A stretch of DNA of 64,000 nt. Source: an uncultured Acidobacteriota bacterium. GTDB taxonomy: Bacteria; Acidobacteriota; Thermoanaerobaculia; UBA5066; Gp7-AA6. The notes beneath the pieces are model-generated. The model did not search any database and was not told the DNA's origin. It worked only from the letters and a program-made list of their open reading frames with translations. Each line of letters begins with the position of its first letter. The first letter of the stretch is position 1. Below are positions 37,360-47,142 of the stretch, piece after piece. The stretch is taken from the NCBI GenBank assembly GCA_963764715.1, contig CAVXTP010000018.1, positions 1 through 64,000 on the forward strand, written 5' to 3'. The translations under genes and the position numbers were made by a program.

Positions 37360-40300
37360 GTGCGCCTCCCCGGGGGCCGGGATCTTTTCGCCGCCGGGCG
37401 CTCGGCCTTGACCACGTTGACGAGGCACGCCTTGGTCTCCTGGGTCCCCGCGCCGGGATCCGTGGCGTCGATCGTGAGGTGGTTGACGCTGGGACCGGTC
37501 GACAAACCCTGGAAGCCGAAGTTGTACGGCATCCAGACGATCGTGACTTCGCGGTCGCCGATCTTCAGCGCCTTCATGCGCGGCGTGACGAGGGCCTTGA
37601 CCTCGAGCTCACCGCGCGCCGACGAGACCCGGACCCAGTCCCCCGATTTCACGCCGAGCTTCTGGGCGAGGGCGAGCGGCATCTCCACCACCGGTTCGGG
37701 GACGAGCTCGTTCAGCCAGGGGATGTTCCGCGTCGTCGAGCCGCCGCACCAGTGTTCGGCGACCGTCGACGTCATCAGCACATAGGGGTACTTGTCGGCG
37801 GTGCCGATCGGCTGATGCGTTGCGACGCGCGGGTACTTCAGCATCGGGTTGCTCTTCACGCCCGGATGCAGGACGTTTTCCACCGGGCTCTCGACGGGCT
37901 CGTACATCTCCGGCAGCGGGCCGTCCTTCGGCACGTAGGCCACGTCGCGCGGATACCCCGGATGCTTCTCGTCCGGGTCCGAGTAGACGGCCGCGAAGAG
38001 TCGCCCGACGCCCTCCGCGCCCAGGTGGAAGGGGCGCTTGCCATTCGGCGTGTCCGGCCCGTCGGTCAGGACGGGGACGTCCGGAACGTCGTATCCCGTC
38101 CAGCGCTTCGCCTGCTCGTCCCACCAGACGATAGGTTTCGAGCCCGGATAGGGCTTGCCGTTCCGGTCGCAGGAGGCCCGGTTGTAGAGGATGCGCATGT
38201 TGTTGGGCCATGTCCACCCGAAGCCCGGGTAGAGGCCGAGGCCTCCCGGATCCGTTCGCGAGTCGCGGCGCTTCGAAAGATTCTCGCCGTTGGCGAAGAC
38301 CCCCGCGTAGATCCAGGCGCCGGACGACGTCGAACCGTCCGCCCGAAGATCGCCGACCTTGCGGACGAGATCGCCCGCCTTCAGTCCGGTCTCCGGGTTG
38401 TCGCGCAGGGCGTACCCGTTGATCTCGCGTAGCACGTCCTCGGCCGTGGTGTAGGTCCAGAAGGCCTTCTTGATGCTCTCGTCCCTCGGCTCCGTCGAAT
38501 CCTTGACCAGATCGCGCACCTTGCGGAAGACGCGGTCCACGATCTCGCCGTCGGGCCGGGCCTGCCCGGGCGGCTTCACCGCGGCGTGGCGCCACTGCAC
38601 CATCCCGCCCGAGTTGCTGATGGTGCCGTTCTTTTCCATGAAGAACGCGGCGGGCAGCAGGATCACTTCGGTCGCGATGGTCTTCGGGTCGACGCCGGGC
38701 CGCCGCCAGAACGCGGCGGTCTCGGTCTCCCAGATCTCCTGGACCACGAGGGTCTCGAGCTTCGCCATCGCGTCGAACGTCAGCGTGAGGTTGGGCACGG
38801 TGACCGCGGGGTTCTGGCCGACGATCCAGAGGACCTTCAGCTTCCCGGCGAGGGCATCCTCGAACATCGGCATCGTCCCGTAGTCCTTGGAGGCGTTCCG
38901 TTTGGGCAGCCAGCCATAGGCATAGTCGTTCTCGGCGGTCGCCGCCTCTCCGTAGAACGCCTTGAGCGTGTTGACGAGGTACCGGCTGTCGGCGATCCCG
39001 TTCTTGCGCACGTAGTCGTAGATCGTCGGCTCGGCGCTCGACGGCGAGTTGAGGTAGCCCGGCATGTAGTTGTAGAGCACCGCCATGTCGCAGGCGCCCT
39101 GCACGTTCGGCTCGCCGCGCAGCGCGTTGACGCCGCCGCCCGGCTTTCCGATGTTGCCGAGCAGGAGCTGCAGGATCGTGAACGAGCGGATTCCCTGCAC
39201 GCCGGTCGTGTGCTGGGTCATCCCGAGGGCGTAGAGAATGGATCCCGGCCGGTTCTTCGCCATCATCTCCGCGATATGCCGGATCTGGTCGGCCGGAATG
39301 CCGGTGATCTGCTCGCCCGTCTCGAGCGTGTACCGCGAAACGAAGGTCTTCAGGCGCGAGAAGACGCAGTGCGGGTCATCCAGGCTCCTGGCGACACGCG
39401 GCTTGCCCTTCGCGTCGAGCTGGTATCCCCAGCTCCGGGTGTCGTACTTGTGGTGCTCCGCGTCGTACCCGCTGAAGACGCCATCCTTGAAGTCGAAGGC
39501 CTCGTCGCCGAGGTAGAGGGCGTTCGTGTGGTTCACGACGTAATCCTCGTCGTACAGCTCGTGGACGAGGATGTGGTTGATCATGGTGTTCTGGAAGGCG
39601 GCGTCCGTGCCGGGCCGAATGCGCGCGTACACGTCCGCCCCCGCGGAGGTCCGGGTGAATCGCGGATCGACGTGAATGATCTTCGCCCCGTTCTCCTGTG
39701 CCTTGCGGATCCACTTGTAGGCCATGGGGTGGTTTTCGGCGACGTTGCTGCCTTCCACCAGGATCGTCTTGCAGTTCTGCAGGTCGAGCCAGTGGTTGGT
39801 CATCGCCCCCCGCCCGAACGAGGCCCCCAGACCGGGGACCGTGGGGCTGTGTCAAAGTCGGGCCTGGTGCTCGACGTAAGCCAGGCCGAGCAGCCGGGCC
39901 GCCTTCTGGAAGAGGTAGCACTCCTCGTTCGTGTTCTGAGCGCCGCCCAGAAAGCCGATCGCGTCCGTCCGATTGACGGGAACCTCTTTGTCGCCGACCT
40001 TCTCGGTGGCGATCCAGGTCGCGTCGCGCGTCTTCCGGATCTTCTGCGCGACCCGCTCGACCGCGTCGTCCCAGGTGATGTCCTCCCAGTGGTCGCTGCC
40101 CGGCGCCCGGTAGCGGGGCGTCTTGAGCCGGCTCGGGGAAGTGTGCGTCGCGAACATGGAAATGCCTTTGACGCACAGCGATCCGCGGTTCACGATGTGG
40201 TCGTAGTCGCCCTCCATCGTCAAGAGCTTGCCGTCGCGGACCGCGGCGATCATGCCGCAGCCGCACGAGCAGAAGTTGCAGGACGTCGTGAACTCGCTCA

Positions 40301-40496
40301 CGTCCGAAAGCTTCAGCTCTCGCACGGCGGCTCTCATCGCGGGCACGTCGATGAACCCGTCGAGCGCGAGCCCCGCGCCACCGCAGACGGTCAACCGCAA
40401 CAAGTCGCGGCGGTTGACCGAAGTCGACGCTCGCGGCCGACTCTCGTCTGCCCGAAGAGAGAGGTCCGGGATCGGAGTCTCCGGAGGTTTATCCAC
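37356..40496 (-). CDS. fdnG: Selenocysteine-containing formate dehydrogenase alpha subunit (Tat-exported)
   Basis: Two track ORFs join in frame through UGA at 39854-39852: EHQARL-U-HSPTVPGLGASFGRGAMTNHW. NRRDLL Tat motif, CNFCSCGC, ALRGEPNVQG. Confidence 0.93.
39821..39854 (-). promoter_or_regulatory. Sec UGA codon plus bacterial SECIS hairpin
   Basis: UGA CAC AGC CCC AC GGUCCCC-GGUCU-GGGGGCC: stem-loop with a GGUCU loop just 3' of the UGA. Confidence 0.85.
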
Positions 40497-40537
40497 GAGG
40501 TTGCCTCCGTGCGATTGCCTGCGCTCCGGCCAGCATC

Positions 40538-40556
40538 GATTGCGACATTCGCAATC
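40538..40556. promoter_or_regulatory. Perfect inverted repeat upstream of fdnG
   Basis: GATTGCGA-CAT-TCGCAATC, with extra half-sites nearby. Confidence 0.5.
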
Positions 40557-40871
40557 CCTCCCTCGCTACGCGCAATCCAGAAGGCGGCTCCGGATCGGAG
40601 CCGACGGCAACGAAACCAGTTTACCGTACGGCCATTGTCGGGTGGCAGGTTCCGTGAATGCTGCGGCCGGGCGCCGGACCCTGAGAGCGAGGTGGGCAGT
40701 TCTCTCCGGACCGGGCGACGAAGGAGATCCCGATGGAGGAGGCCCGCACGCCTCCCGCACCCGCTGACCCGCTAAGCGATCGTCCGGTGTTGGAATCCTG
40801 GCGCTCCGAAAGCCGCAGCGCCGTGATGCCTTTGGCGCCGCACCGGAGGGCCTTGCGCAACGACCTCGACT

Positions 40872-40887
40872 TGATTCAATCGCATCA
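40872..40887. promoter_or_regulatory. TGATGC-N4-GCATCA box inside island B
   Basis: TGATTCAATCGCATCA; candidate -10 TAGGGT at 40910-40915. Confidence 0.78.
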
Positions 40888-40966
40888 TCTGCTCGCCATC
40901 CCCGAGCCATAGGGTGTTGGTCTTGGTCTCGTTAATCGCCCCAAGAGGGCACTCAGGAGGAGAACA

Positions 40967-41548
40967 ATGAAAAGAATCGGATCCTGGATGACGGCCGCCT
41001 GGGCCGCTGGCGTACTGTGCCTGGCAACCGCGGCACTGGCCCAGGCTCCCGGGTCTCCGCCGGAGACGGTCTCGTCGGTCACCGAAACGGTCAAGGCGAC
41101 CGTGGTGAAGATCGACCGGAAAACGCGCGAGGTCACGCTCAAAGAGGATGACGGCCACGAGTACACCTTCATCGCCGGCGACGAGGTGAAGAATCTTGAT
41201 CAAGTCAAGAAAGGCGACCTGGTCACGACGTCATACAAGGAGAGTCTCGTTTACGAAGTGAAGAAGGGTGGCAAAGCCATCGGCGCAGAGACGACCACGA
41301 CGATTGCGCGTGGGAAGCCCGGCGACGTGCCGGCGGGCATCTGGGCGAAGCGGACCACGATGACCGTGGCGATCACGGCGATCGACCCCAAGGCTCCGAC
41401 GGTCACCTTCAAAGGACCGCAGGGGAACACGCGCACGATCAAGGTGCGGAACCCCGCGAATCTCAAGGGCGTCAGCGTCGGGGACACGGTCGAAATCACC
41501 TGGGTCGAGGCGGTCATGATCAAGGTCGAAAGGGCGCTCGGGAAGTGA
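40967..41548 (+). CDS. Secreted protein with two small beta-barrel (OB-like) repeats
   Basis: AGGAGG RBS, signal peptide; repeats 'ATVVKID..VTLK..GD.V' and 'AITAID..VTFKGP..GD.V'. Confidence 0.75.
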   Translation: MKRIGSWMTAAWAAGVLCLATAALAQAPGSPPETVSSVTETVKATVVKIDRKTREVTLKEDDGHEYTFIAGDEVKNLDQVKKGDLVTTSYKESLVYEVKKGGKAIGAETTTTIARGKPGDVPAGIWAKRTTMTVAITAIDPKAPTVTFKGPQGNTRTIKVRNPANLKGVSVGDTVEITWVEAVMIKVERALGK

Positions 41549-41777
41549 TTCCGGGCCCGGACTCCGCCGGGACCCACGGCCGTAGCCACTGAGAAACAGA
41601 GGGGCGGGGAGTAAGGGGGGGCCGTCCAGCAGCCCGTCCAGCTCTCCAAAGGCCCCGTCCATGGCGGCCGCGTCGGTCACGTCGACATGGGTGACATCTG
41701 CCGAATCGACATGTTTTCGGGCGCGGCGAAGGAGAGAACTGGTAGAGAATCTGCCCAGCGAAAGAAAGGAGAATTCA

Positions 41778-42650
41778 ATGGAGGCAAGAAGGGGAGGCTT
41801 CTCGGTCATCCTCGGGGCCGGACTGCTGGCGGCGTCCGGAGCCATCGCGACGGCTCAGCAGCCGAGCGTCACGAAAATCACGCAGACGGGACAGCCCGCG
41901 ATGACGTCGAGCACCCGCGTCGTCAAGGCCACCGTGGTCAGCGTGAACGGCAACAGAGTCGTCGGCGAAGACGCCACCGGCCATGCGACGGAGTACACGA
42001 TCCCGGAGGGCTTCAAGTTCCAGTTCGAGGGCAGGGACATCGGCGTCGCCGAGCTGAAGCCCGGAATGCACGTTACGGCCACGATCACGACGACGACCAC
42101 CACGACACCCGTGTGGGTCACGGAAATAAAAACGGGCAAGGTCCTCGTGGTCTCGGGCCACAGCATCATCGTCCGAGGGCCGCAAGGGAATCGCTTGTTC
42201 TCGAACAAGGACGCGGAGCAACGGAATGTCACGGTCATGCGCAACGGGCAGCAGGTCTCGTTGAGCGACCTGCGTGCCGGCGACATCTTCACGGCCATCA
42301 TCGTCACGGACGAGGCGCCGAAGGTCGTCTCCGAGCGCGAGGTCCAGGCCATGGCCCACGCGGCGCCCCAGCCCGCTTCGGCTCCGGCCGCTGCTCCCGC
42401 CGCCGCCCCCACCACTGCCCCCGCCGCTGCACCCGCGGAGGCTCCCGCGGCTGCCCCCGCGGAGGCTCCCGCGGCTGCCCCCGCGGAGGCTGCAGCCGCC
42501 CCCACGGAGGCTCCCGCCGCTGCACCGGCCGCTGCTCCGGCCGCCGAATCGCCCGCGCCGGCGAGCGGGTTTCCGAGTTGGCTCCTGTGGCTACTCATAC
42601 TGATCGTGATTCTCGTCGTCGTGCTCATTCTCCGCCGCCGCAAGTCCTGA
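41778..42650 (+). CDS. Exported protein with Pro/Ala-rich repeat linker and C-terminal TM anchor
   Basis: AAGGAG RBS, signal peptide, (PAEAPAAA)n, hydrophobic tail ending RRRKS. Confidence 0.75.
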   Translation: MEARRGGFSVILGAGLLAASGAIATAQQPSVTKITQTGQPAMTSSTRVVKATVVSVNGNRVVGEDATGHATEYTIPEGFKFQFEGRDIGVAELKPGMHVTATITTTTTTTPVWVTEIKTGKVLVVSGHSIIVRGPQGNRLFSNKDAEQRNVTVMRNGQQVSLSDLRAGDIFTAIIVTDEAPKVVSEREVQAMAHAAPQPASAPAAAPAAAPTTAPAAAPAEAPAAAPAEAPAAAPAEAAAAPTEAPAAAPAAAPAAESPAPASGFPSWLLWLLILIVILVVVLILRRRKS

Positions 42651-43009
42651 CGTCGAACCGTCTCCACGGACCGCCGTGCCGCCGGCCCTTCGGGGCCGGC
42701 GGTCACCGGCGGCGCCAACTTCCGGTTTCGAATTTCCGCGAGGCCCCGCGCGGACGCAGAGGACTCCCACGACTCGGTGGTCCTGGCGAGCGAACTTGAG
42801 TGGTGAGCCGTGCAGAACTCGAACCTGCACGGTCCTTCCTCTGTGGTTAATTCGAGAGGCGAGCAGCGACGCGACCCTGTCCGGTCTGCACAAGACCCGT
42901 TGTGGATGCGTTCGCGGCGCCCGCCCTTCGCCAGGAACGCGGAGGACGGGGCTGTGTTGCCGACGCCAGCGAGATCAAGAACCCGGGTCACCCGCTTTCG
43001 GTTGGGTCC

Positions 43010-43396
43010 TCAGGCCTGACCGATCCCGGGGATGTGCTGGTTGTCTTCCTCGGTCCGCTCGAGGAACGGGCGGATCTCGACCGGCGTCCGACAGGCGACG
43101 GCACCCTTGCGCCCCCACTCCAGTGCCTCGTCCAGGTTCGCGCATTTCAGAATAATGAAGCCGCCGACGTGCTCCTTGGTCTCCATGTACGGCCCGTCGG
43201 TGACGACCACCTTGCCGTCGGGCTGCGCCCGCAGGGACTTCGCGCTGCTGGCCGGGTAGAGGCCGGCACCGAAAATCCTGGCACCGGCAGCGACCAGCTC
43301 ATCGTTCATCACGTCGATCTCGCGGATCATCGCTTCGGTCACGGTGGATGGGTCGAAATTGTCGGGTAAGAAACTCGTCCACAGATAGAGCGGCAT
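43010..43396 (-). CDS. YciI/DGPF-family protein
   Basis: VTDGPYMETKEHVGGF..EALEWG..VEIRPF; AAGGAG RBS. Confidence 0.85.
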   Translation of the reverse strand: MPLYLWTSFLPDNFDPSTVTEAMIREIDVMNDELVAAGARIFGAGLYPASSAKSLRAQPDGKVVVTDGPYMETKEHVGGFIILKCANLDEALEWGRKGAVACRTPVEIRPFLERTEEDNQHIPGIGQA

Positions 43397-43699
43397 GTTT
43401 TCTCCTTTTCCTGTGTCTTCGGGCCGGGCGTTTGCCCTGCCTTCACTCCATCGACGAACGGCCGGACCGGAATTCGACAACTCGTCCAAGAAAATCTTAC
43501 CTTTCGACTTGGGGATCGTTGATCGAGGAGGTGACTGGCTTGGATCGGAAACCCTGGCTGGGGGAGAGAGAGTCTCCGCTGCCATCTCCCGCGAAGCGGC
43601 CGGCCTCACTGTCCGCGTCTTTGTCGGTGTCCGGTGGTGGAGCGTCTTCCTCGGTGGTGGCCGGCGAGATGGTGGCGGCGGAGCCAAACGCCTGAAAGG

Positions 43700-43723
43700 A
43701 AAAGGGCCGAGAAACTCGGCCCT
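43700..43723 (-). terminator. Intrinsic terminator just 3' of the internal tmRNA-end copy
   Basis: AGGGCCGAG-AAA-CTCGGCCCT stem with a U-tract on the minus strand. Confidence 0.7.
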
Positions 43724-43742
43724 CACCTCGATGAACCCAAGT

Positions 43743-43768
43743 TGGTGGAGGCGGCGGGAGTTGAACCC
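43743..43768 (-). repeat. Copy of the tmRNA 3' end (junction att core)
   Basis: TGGTGGAGGCGGCGGGAGTTGAACCC; 26/26 identical to 49079-49104. Confidence 0.95.
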
Positions 43769-44073
43769 ATCTGATTCTTCTGAATTCCTGAATGATTTCG
43801 ACGTACTCCCCCGATTTGTCCGCCTCCTTGTCCGTGTCGCCCGGCCGCATAGCAAACACGCGGAGACAAGCCGTGGTAGTCGGTAAGGCTCACTACCTGC
43901 CGGTGCATTGCGACGACCTCAGCCGGAGCGCGTCTGCCGGCACTGTCTCCTCATGAAGGCTCGGCAGAGTTGCGGAAGGCCCTGCCCCGGCAGTCGTCGT
44001 TCTACGTCCCACCGCGTTGAAAAGACGGCTCCCCACCGGCGATCCTCCCGCCGGGCATCCTGCCCGCCGGACG

Positions 44074-44835
44074 TCACCTTGCGGCGCGGTTCGGCCTCTG
44101 CCGCGCGAGGAGGAGAAGGCGCATCAGCCCGTCGACGTCGGCCTGGCCCCGGAGGTAGTAGGACGCGGCGGACGCGGGACTTGCCCCCACACGGATGGTG
44201 AGAAAGCGCGCAGGCTGCTTGAGAGCGAAGACATCTTCATCCGTTTCATCGTCTCCCACGTAGATCGCGGTGTCACATCCGAGACGCTCGCGCTCCCTCT
44301 CGAGGGCCATACCCTTGTGAGGGGCGCCCCTCGGGAGGAGGTTGATGACCAGAGCGCCGCCGACGACTCGGACATCGTTCAAAGCCGCCGCCGCCTCCAT
44401 GATCGCCGCTCGTGCCTTCTTCTTGTCACGCGACTGACGGTAGTGGACCGAAATCGAAAAGACCTTGTCCTCGATGCTCACTCCTCGAATGGGCGAGAGC
44501 CTCTCTTCCAACAGCGGCCGCCAGCGTTCGATCTCCTCCTTCAGCCGTGCCGAAGCCCCCCAGGGTTCGATTCCGTGGTTGCCGACGACCCCGTGCACCG
44601 GGATACCGCGCAGTCGCTCCAGGACGCTGGTCCGCGCGCGGCCGGAGATCACGACGCATGAATAAAGATTCGTGAGATCACCCAGCAGCCGCGACGTTGC
44701 CGGGCGAAGATGCGCTCGTTCCGGAAGAGTCACGATCGGAGTGAGGGTCCCGTCGAAGTCGAAGCCGAGCAGCACGTTCGATCGGGCAAACTGCTCGACG
44801 ATTCGCCGATGGGCCGGCAACAGGATGTTCTTCAT
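44074..44835 (-). CDS. otsB: Trehalose-6-phosphate phosphatase
   Basis: FDFDGTL, ISGR, GNHG, HKG, YVGDDETDED. Confidence 0.92.
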   Translation of the reverse strand: MKNILLPAHRRIVEQFARSNVLLGFDFDGTLTPIVTLPERAHLRPATSRLLGDLTNLYSCVVISGRARTSVLERLRGIPVHGVVGNHGIEPWGASARLKEEIERWRPLLEERLSPIRGVSIEDKVFSISVHYRQSRDKKKARAAIMEAAAALNDVRVVGGALVINLLPRGAPHKGMALERERERLGCDTAIYVGDDETDEDVFALKQPARFLTIRVGASPASAASYYLRGQADVDGLMRLLLLARQRPNRAAR

Positions 44836-47093
44836 GGAGAGTGCTGCGCCACCGGAACGAGATGATCGGTCAGGCGGCCTGTGAGTCGGTCACGGCTGCG
44901 GAGGCGAGCGGCATCGACGAGCATCCTCCCCGCCCAGCGATAAACATTGAACTCGGAGAGGAAGGCCCGCATGGACCGCATGCGGTCCCCCTGCTCTGCC
45001 GGAGACATGGCGAGGGCGGCTGCTAGGGCAGAGCTCGCCTGGTCGAAGTCGTAAGGGTTGACGATCAGCGCCTCGGTCAGCTCACGCGCCGCGCCGGTGA
45101 ACTGACTCAGGACCAGGACGCCGCGCTCGTCCTCCCGGGCCGCGACGAACTCTTTGGCAACCAGATTCATGCCGTCGTGGAGGCTGCTCACGTAGCACAG
45201 GTCGGCTGCCCGGTAGTACCGAAACACGGTCGGGGGCTCGTGGTGGGTTCGCCGCAGGACGATCGGACGGTAGTTTCCCTGACTGAACCGATCGTTGATG
45301 CGCGCGGCCACACGTTCCACGTTCTCGTTGAGCTGCTGGTAGCGCTGGATGACGGTTCGACTCGGGGCCGCAAGCTGAACGAAGGTAAATCGACCGCGGA
45401 ATTCCGGAAACCGTTCCAGCAAGCGCTCGACGGTGAGGAGCCGCTCCTCGATTCCCTTCGTGTAGTCGAGGCGGTCCACGCCAATACCCAGGAGGGCGTC
45501 CGGGGCCAGCCCGAGCTCCTGGAAAAGGCTCCTTCGGCACTCTTCGGCGGGCGGAGCCGTTTTCGACCACCGCACGGGCCATTCGAGCGAGATCGGGTAG
45601 GGACGCACCAGCGTGCTTCGCCCGTGCTGGACGACCGCGTTCTGCTCCCGGTCGATCCGGGCCTCGAGCAGCCGATCCACGGAATCCACGAAGTTATTGC
45701 AGTGGGATTGGGTGTGAAAGCCCAGGATGCTCGCGCCGAGCATTCCCTCGAGCAACTCGTTGCGCCAGGGGCAGATGCTGAACAGCTCCGAGTTGGGCCA
45801 GGGGATATGCCAGAACATGATCACGGTCGCCCGGGGCAGCCGCTCACGAATGAGATGGGGTACGAGGGCGAAGTGATAGTCCTGAACGAAGACGATCGGG
45901 TCTTCCGAGTCCACCTCCGCGCAGAGAGCGTCCGTGAACTTCTGGTTGACGGCCTGATAGTGCTTCCAGTCCTCGCTTCGGAAGACGGGGCGGGCATGTG
46001 CGAGGTGGCAAAGGGGCCAGAGACCCTCGTTGGCAAAGCCGTAGTAGTAACCCTCCTCTTCTTCGGGAGAGAGCCAGACCCGCCTGAGCAGGTAGGACTC
46101 TTCGCCGGGCGGCACGCGGATCCGCCCGTTCTTGTCTGCCGTCTGCCGGTCCGCGGAACCGCCCCCGTGGGCGATCCAGACTCCGGAGCAGGCCCGCAGG
46201 ACCGGCTCGAGCGCGGTGACGAGACCGCTCGCGGGATGAACGACGACGACACCGCCGTCCTCGGTCCGCTCATGAATATACGGTTCGCGATTCGCGACGA
46301 TGACGACTCTCTCGAGGTGGAGGTACCGGTTGAGCGTCTGCTTGAGTCGCTGCGGCGTCCAGTCGCCGCCTTCAAGGTCGGCTTGCTTCTCGGCAACGAT
46401 GCGATCGACGAGCTCGCGGACATCCCCGAGGATGGGCCGGAACTCGGGGTGAGGCGTACCGCTTCGGAGGAAGCTTCGGAGCTCTTTGCTCCAACCGCGC
46501 CAGGACAGCCGGGCCGCGATGGCAGTCACGGCAGAGGCGGCCACCGCGAGGAACCCGAAAGCCAGGAGCAGGAAGTTCCGGGTCTTCGCTTCTCGTCGTT
46601 CGACGAAGCTCAGATCGTGCACGAGGACGACAAATCCCAGCGGCTGATCTCCATCGGACACGGGCATGGCGCTGACGTGGACCTTGCCCCCGGGCAGCGG
46701 CAGGACGCTCTTCCAGGGGTGCCAGCCGGTTGCGGGTTCGCCGGCGGCGGGACGGACATGTTTGGCGAGTTCTTCGCAGCCGAGCTGCTTGGGGTAGTCC
46801 GGCGTTCGCGTCAGCAGTGTGAGGTCTGCCGTGCACGCCGCGGCCGCCATGATGCGCTCATCGTGAGTGATCTCGACGAGCAGGTTCCGCAAGTCGGCCC
46901 GCTGCTCCTTGTGCCAGTGCGAGATCAGGGCCTGGCGGGCCCCGCTCACCGCGAGTTGCGCGCGCAGGCTCACGTCCTTCTCGAACCAGCCGCGCGTGGT
47001 CTCGTTGACGGTGACGGAGGCCACCCAGGTGAGAAGCCCGAGCCCGAGGATCAGAGCGACGGCGAATTGGAATGCGCGACCCATGCCGGCCAT
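44832..47093 (-). CDS. otsA: Trehalose-6-phosphate synthase with an N-terminal TM-periplasmic-TM extension
   Basis: GLWPLCH, QDYHF, HIPWP, DRLDYTKG, DGMNLVAKEF. Confidence 0.92.
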   Translation of the reverse strand: MAGMGRAFQFAVALILGLGLLTWVASVTVNETTRGWFEKDVSLRAQLAVSGARQALISHWHKEQRADLRNLLVEITHDERIMAAAACTADLTLLTRTPDYPKQLGCEELAKHVRPAAGEPATGWHPWKSVLPLPGGKVHVSAMPVSDGDQPLGFVVLVHDLSFVERREAKTRNFLLLAFGFLAVAASAVTAIAARLSWRGWSKELRSFLRSGTPHPEFRPILGDVRELVDRIVAEKQADLEGGDWTPQRLKQTLNRYLHLERVVIVANREPYIHERTEDGGVVVVHPASGLVTALEPVLRACSGVWIAHGGGSADRQTADKNGRIRVPPGEESYLLRRVWLSPEEEEGYYYGFANEGLWPLCHLAHARPVFRSEDWKHYQAVNQKFTDALCAEVDSEDPIVFVQDYHFALVPHLIRERLPRATVIMFWHIPWPNSELFSICPWRNELLEGMLGASILGFHTQSHCNNFVDSVDRLLEARIDREQNAVVQHGRSTLVRPYPISLEWPVRWSKTAPPAEECRRSLFQELGLAPDALLGIGVDRLDYTKGIEERLLTVERLLERFPEFRGRFTFVQLAAPSRTVIQRYQQLNENVERVAARINDRFSQGNYRPIVLRRTHHEPPTVFRYYRAADLCYVSSLHDGMNLVAKEFVAAREDERGVLVLSQFTGAARELTEALIVNPYDFDQASSALAAALAMSPAEQGDRMRSMRAFLSEFNVYRWAGRMLVDAARLRSRDRLTGRLTDHLVPVAQHSP

Positions 47094-47142
47094 TGAAGCA
47101 CAGAGGCTTTGGGGCAACAACCGAATCTGTTAGCTTCCGTGC

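Larger units (their letters stand above)
34197..43742. mobile_element. Integrase-less island B at the tmRNA site (formate dehydrogenase cargo)
   Basis: Flanked by tmRNA 3' direct repeats at 34171 and 43743; ends homologous to those of island A. Confidence 0.75.

Noticed and set aside
37356-40496. fdnG as a split pseudogene
   Set aside because: The stop is an in-frame UGA at the Sec position with a SECIS, and selB is present.
40678-40730. Glycine riboswitch-like words (GGAGAG..CTCTCAGG) upstream of fdnG
   Set aside because: The central CGCCGAAG element is missing on that strand and the spacing is too short.
4988-40887. Calling the palindromes canonical FNR boxes
   Set aside because: Spacing is TGAT-N8-ATCA with conserved inner GC, not TTGAT-N4-ATCAA, and there is no CRP/FNR gene in the window. 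One encoded elsewhere cannot be excluded.
42361-42560. Imperfect 24-bp tandem repeats
   Set aside because: Explained as the coding Pro/Ala linker of the 41778 gene.
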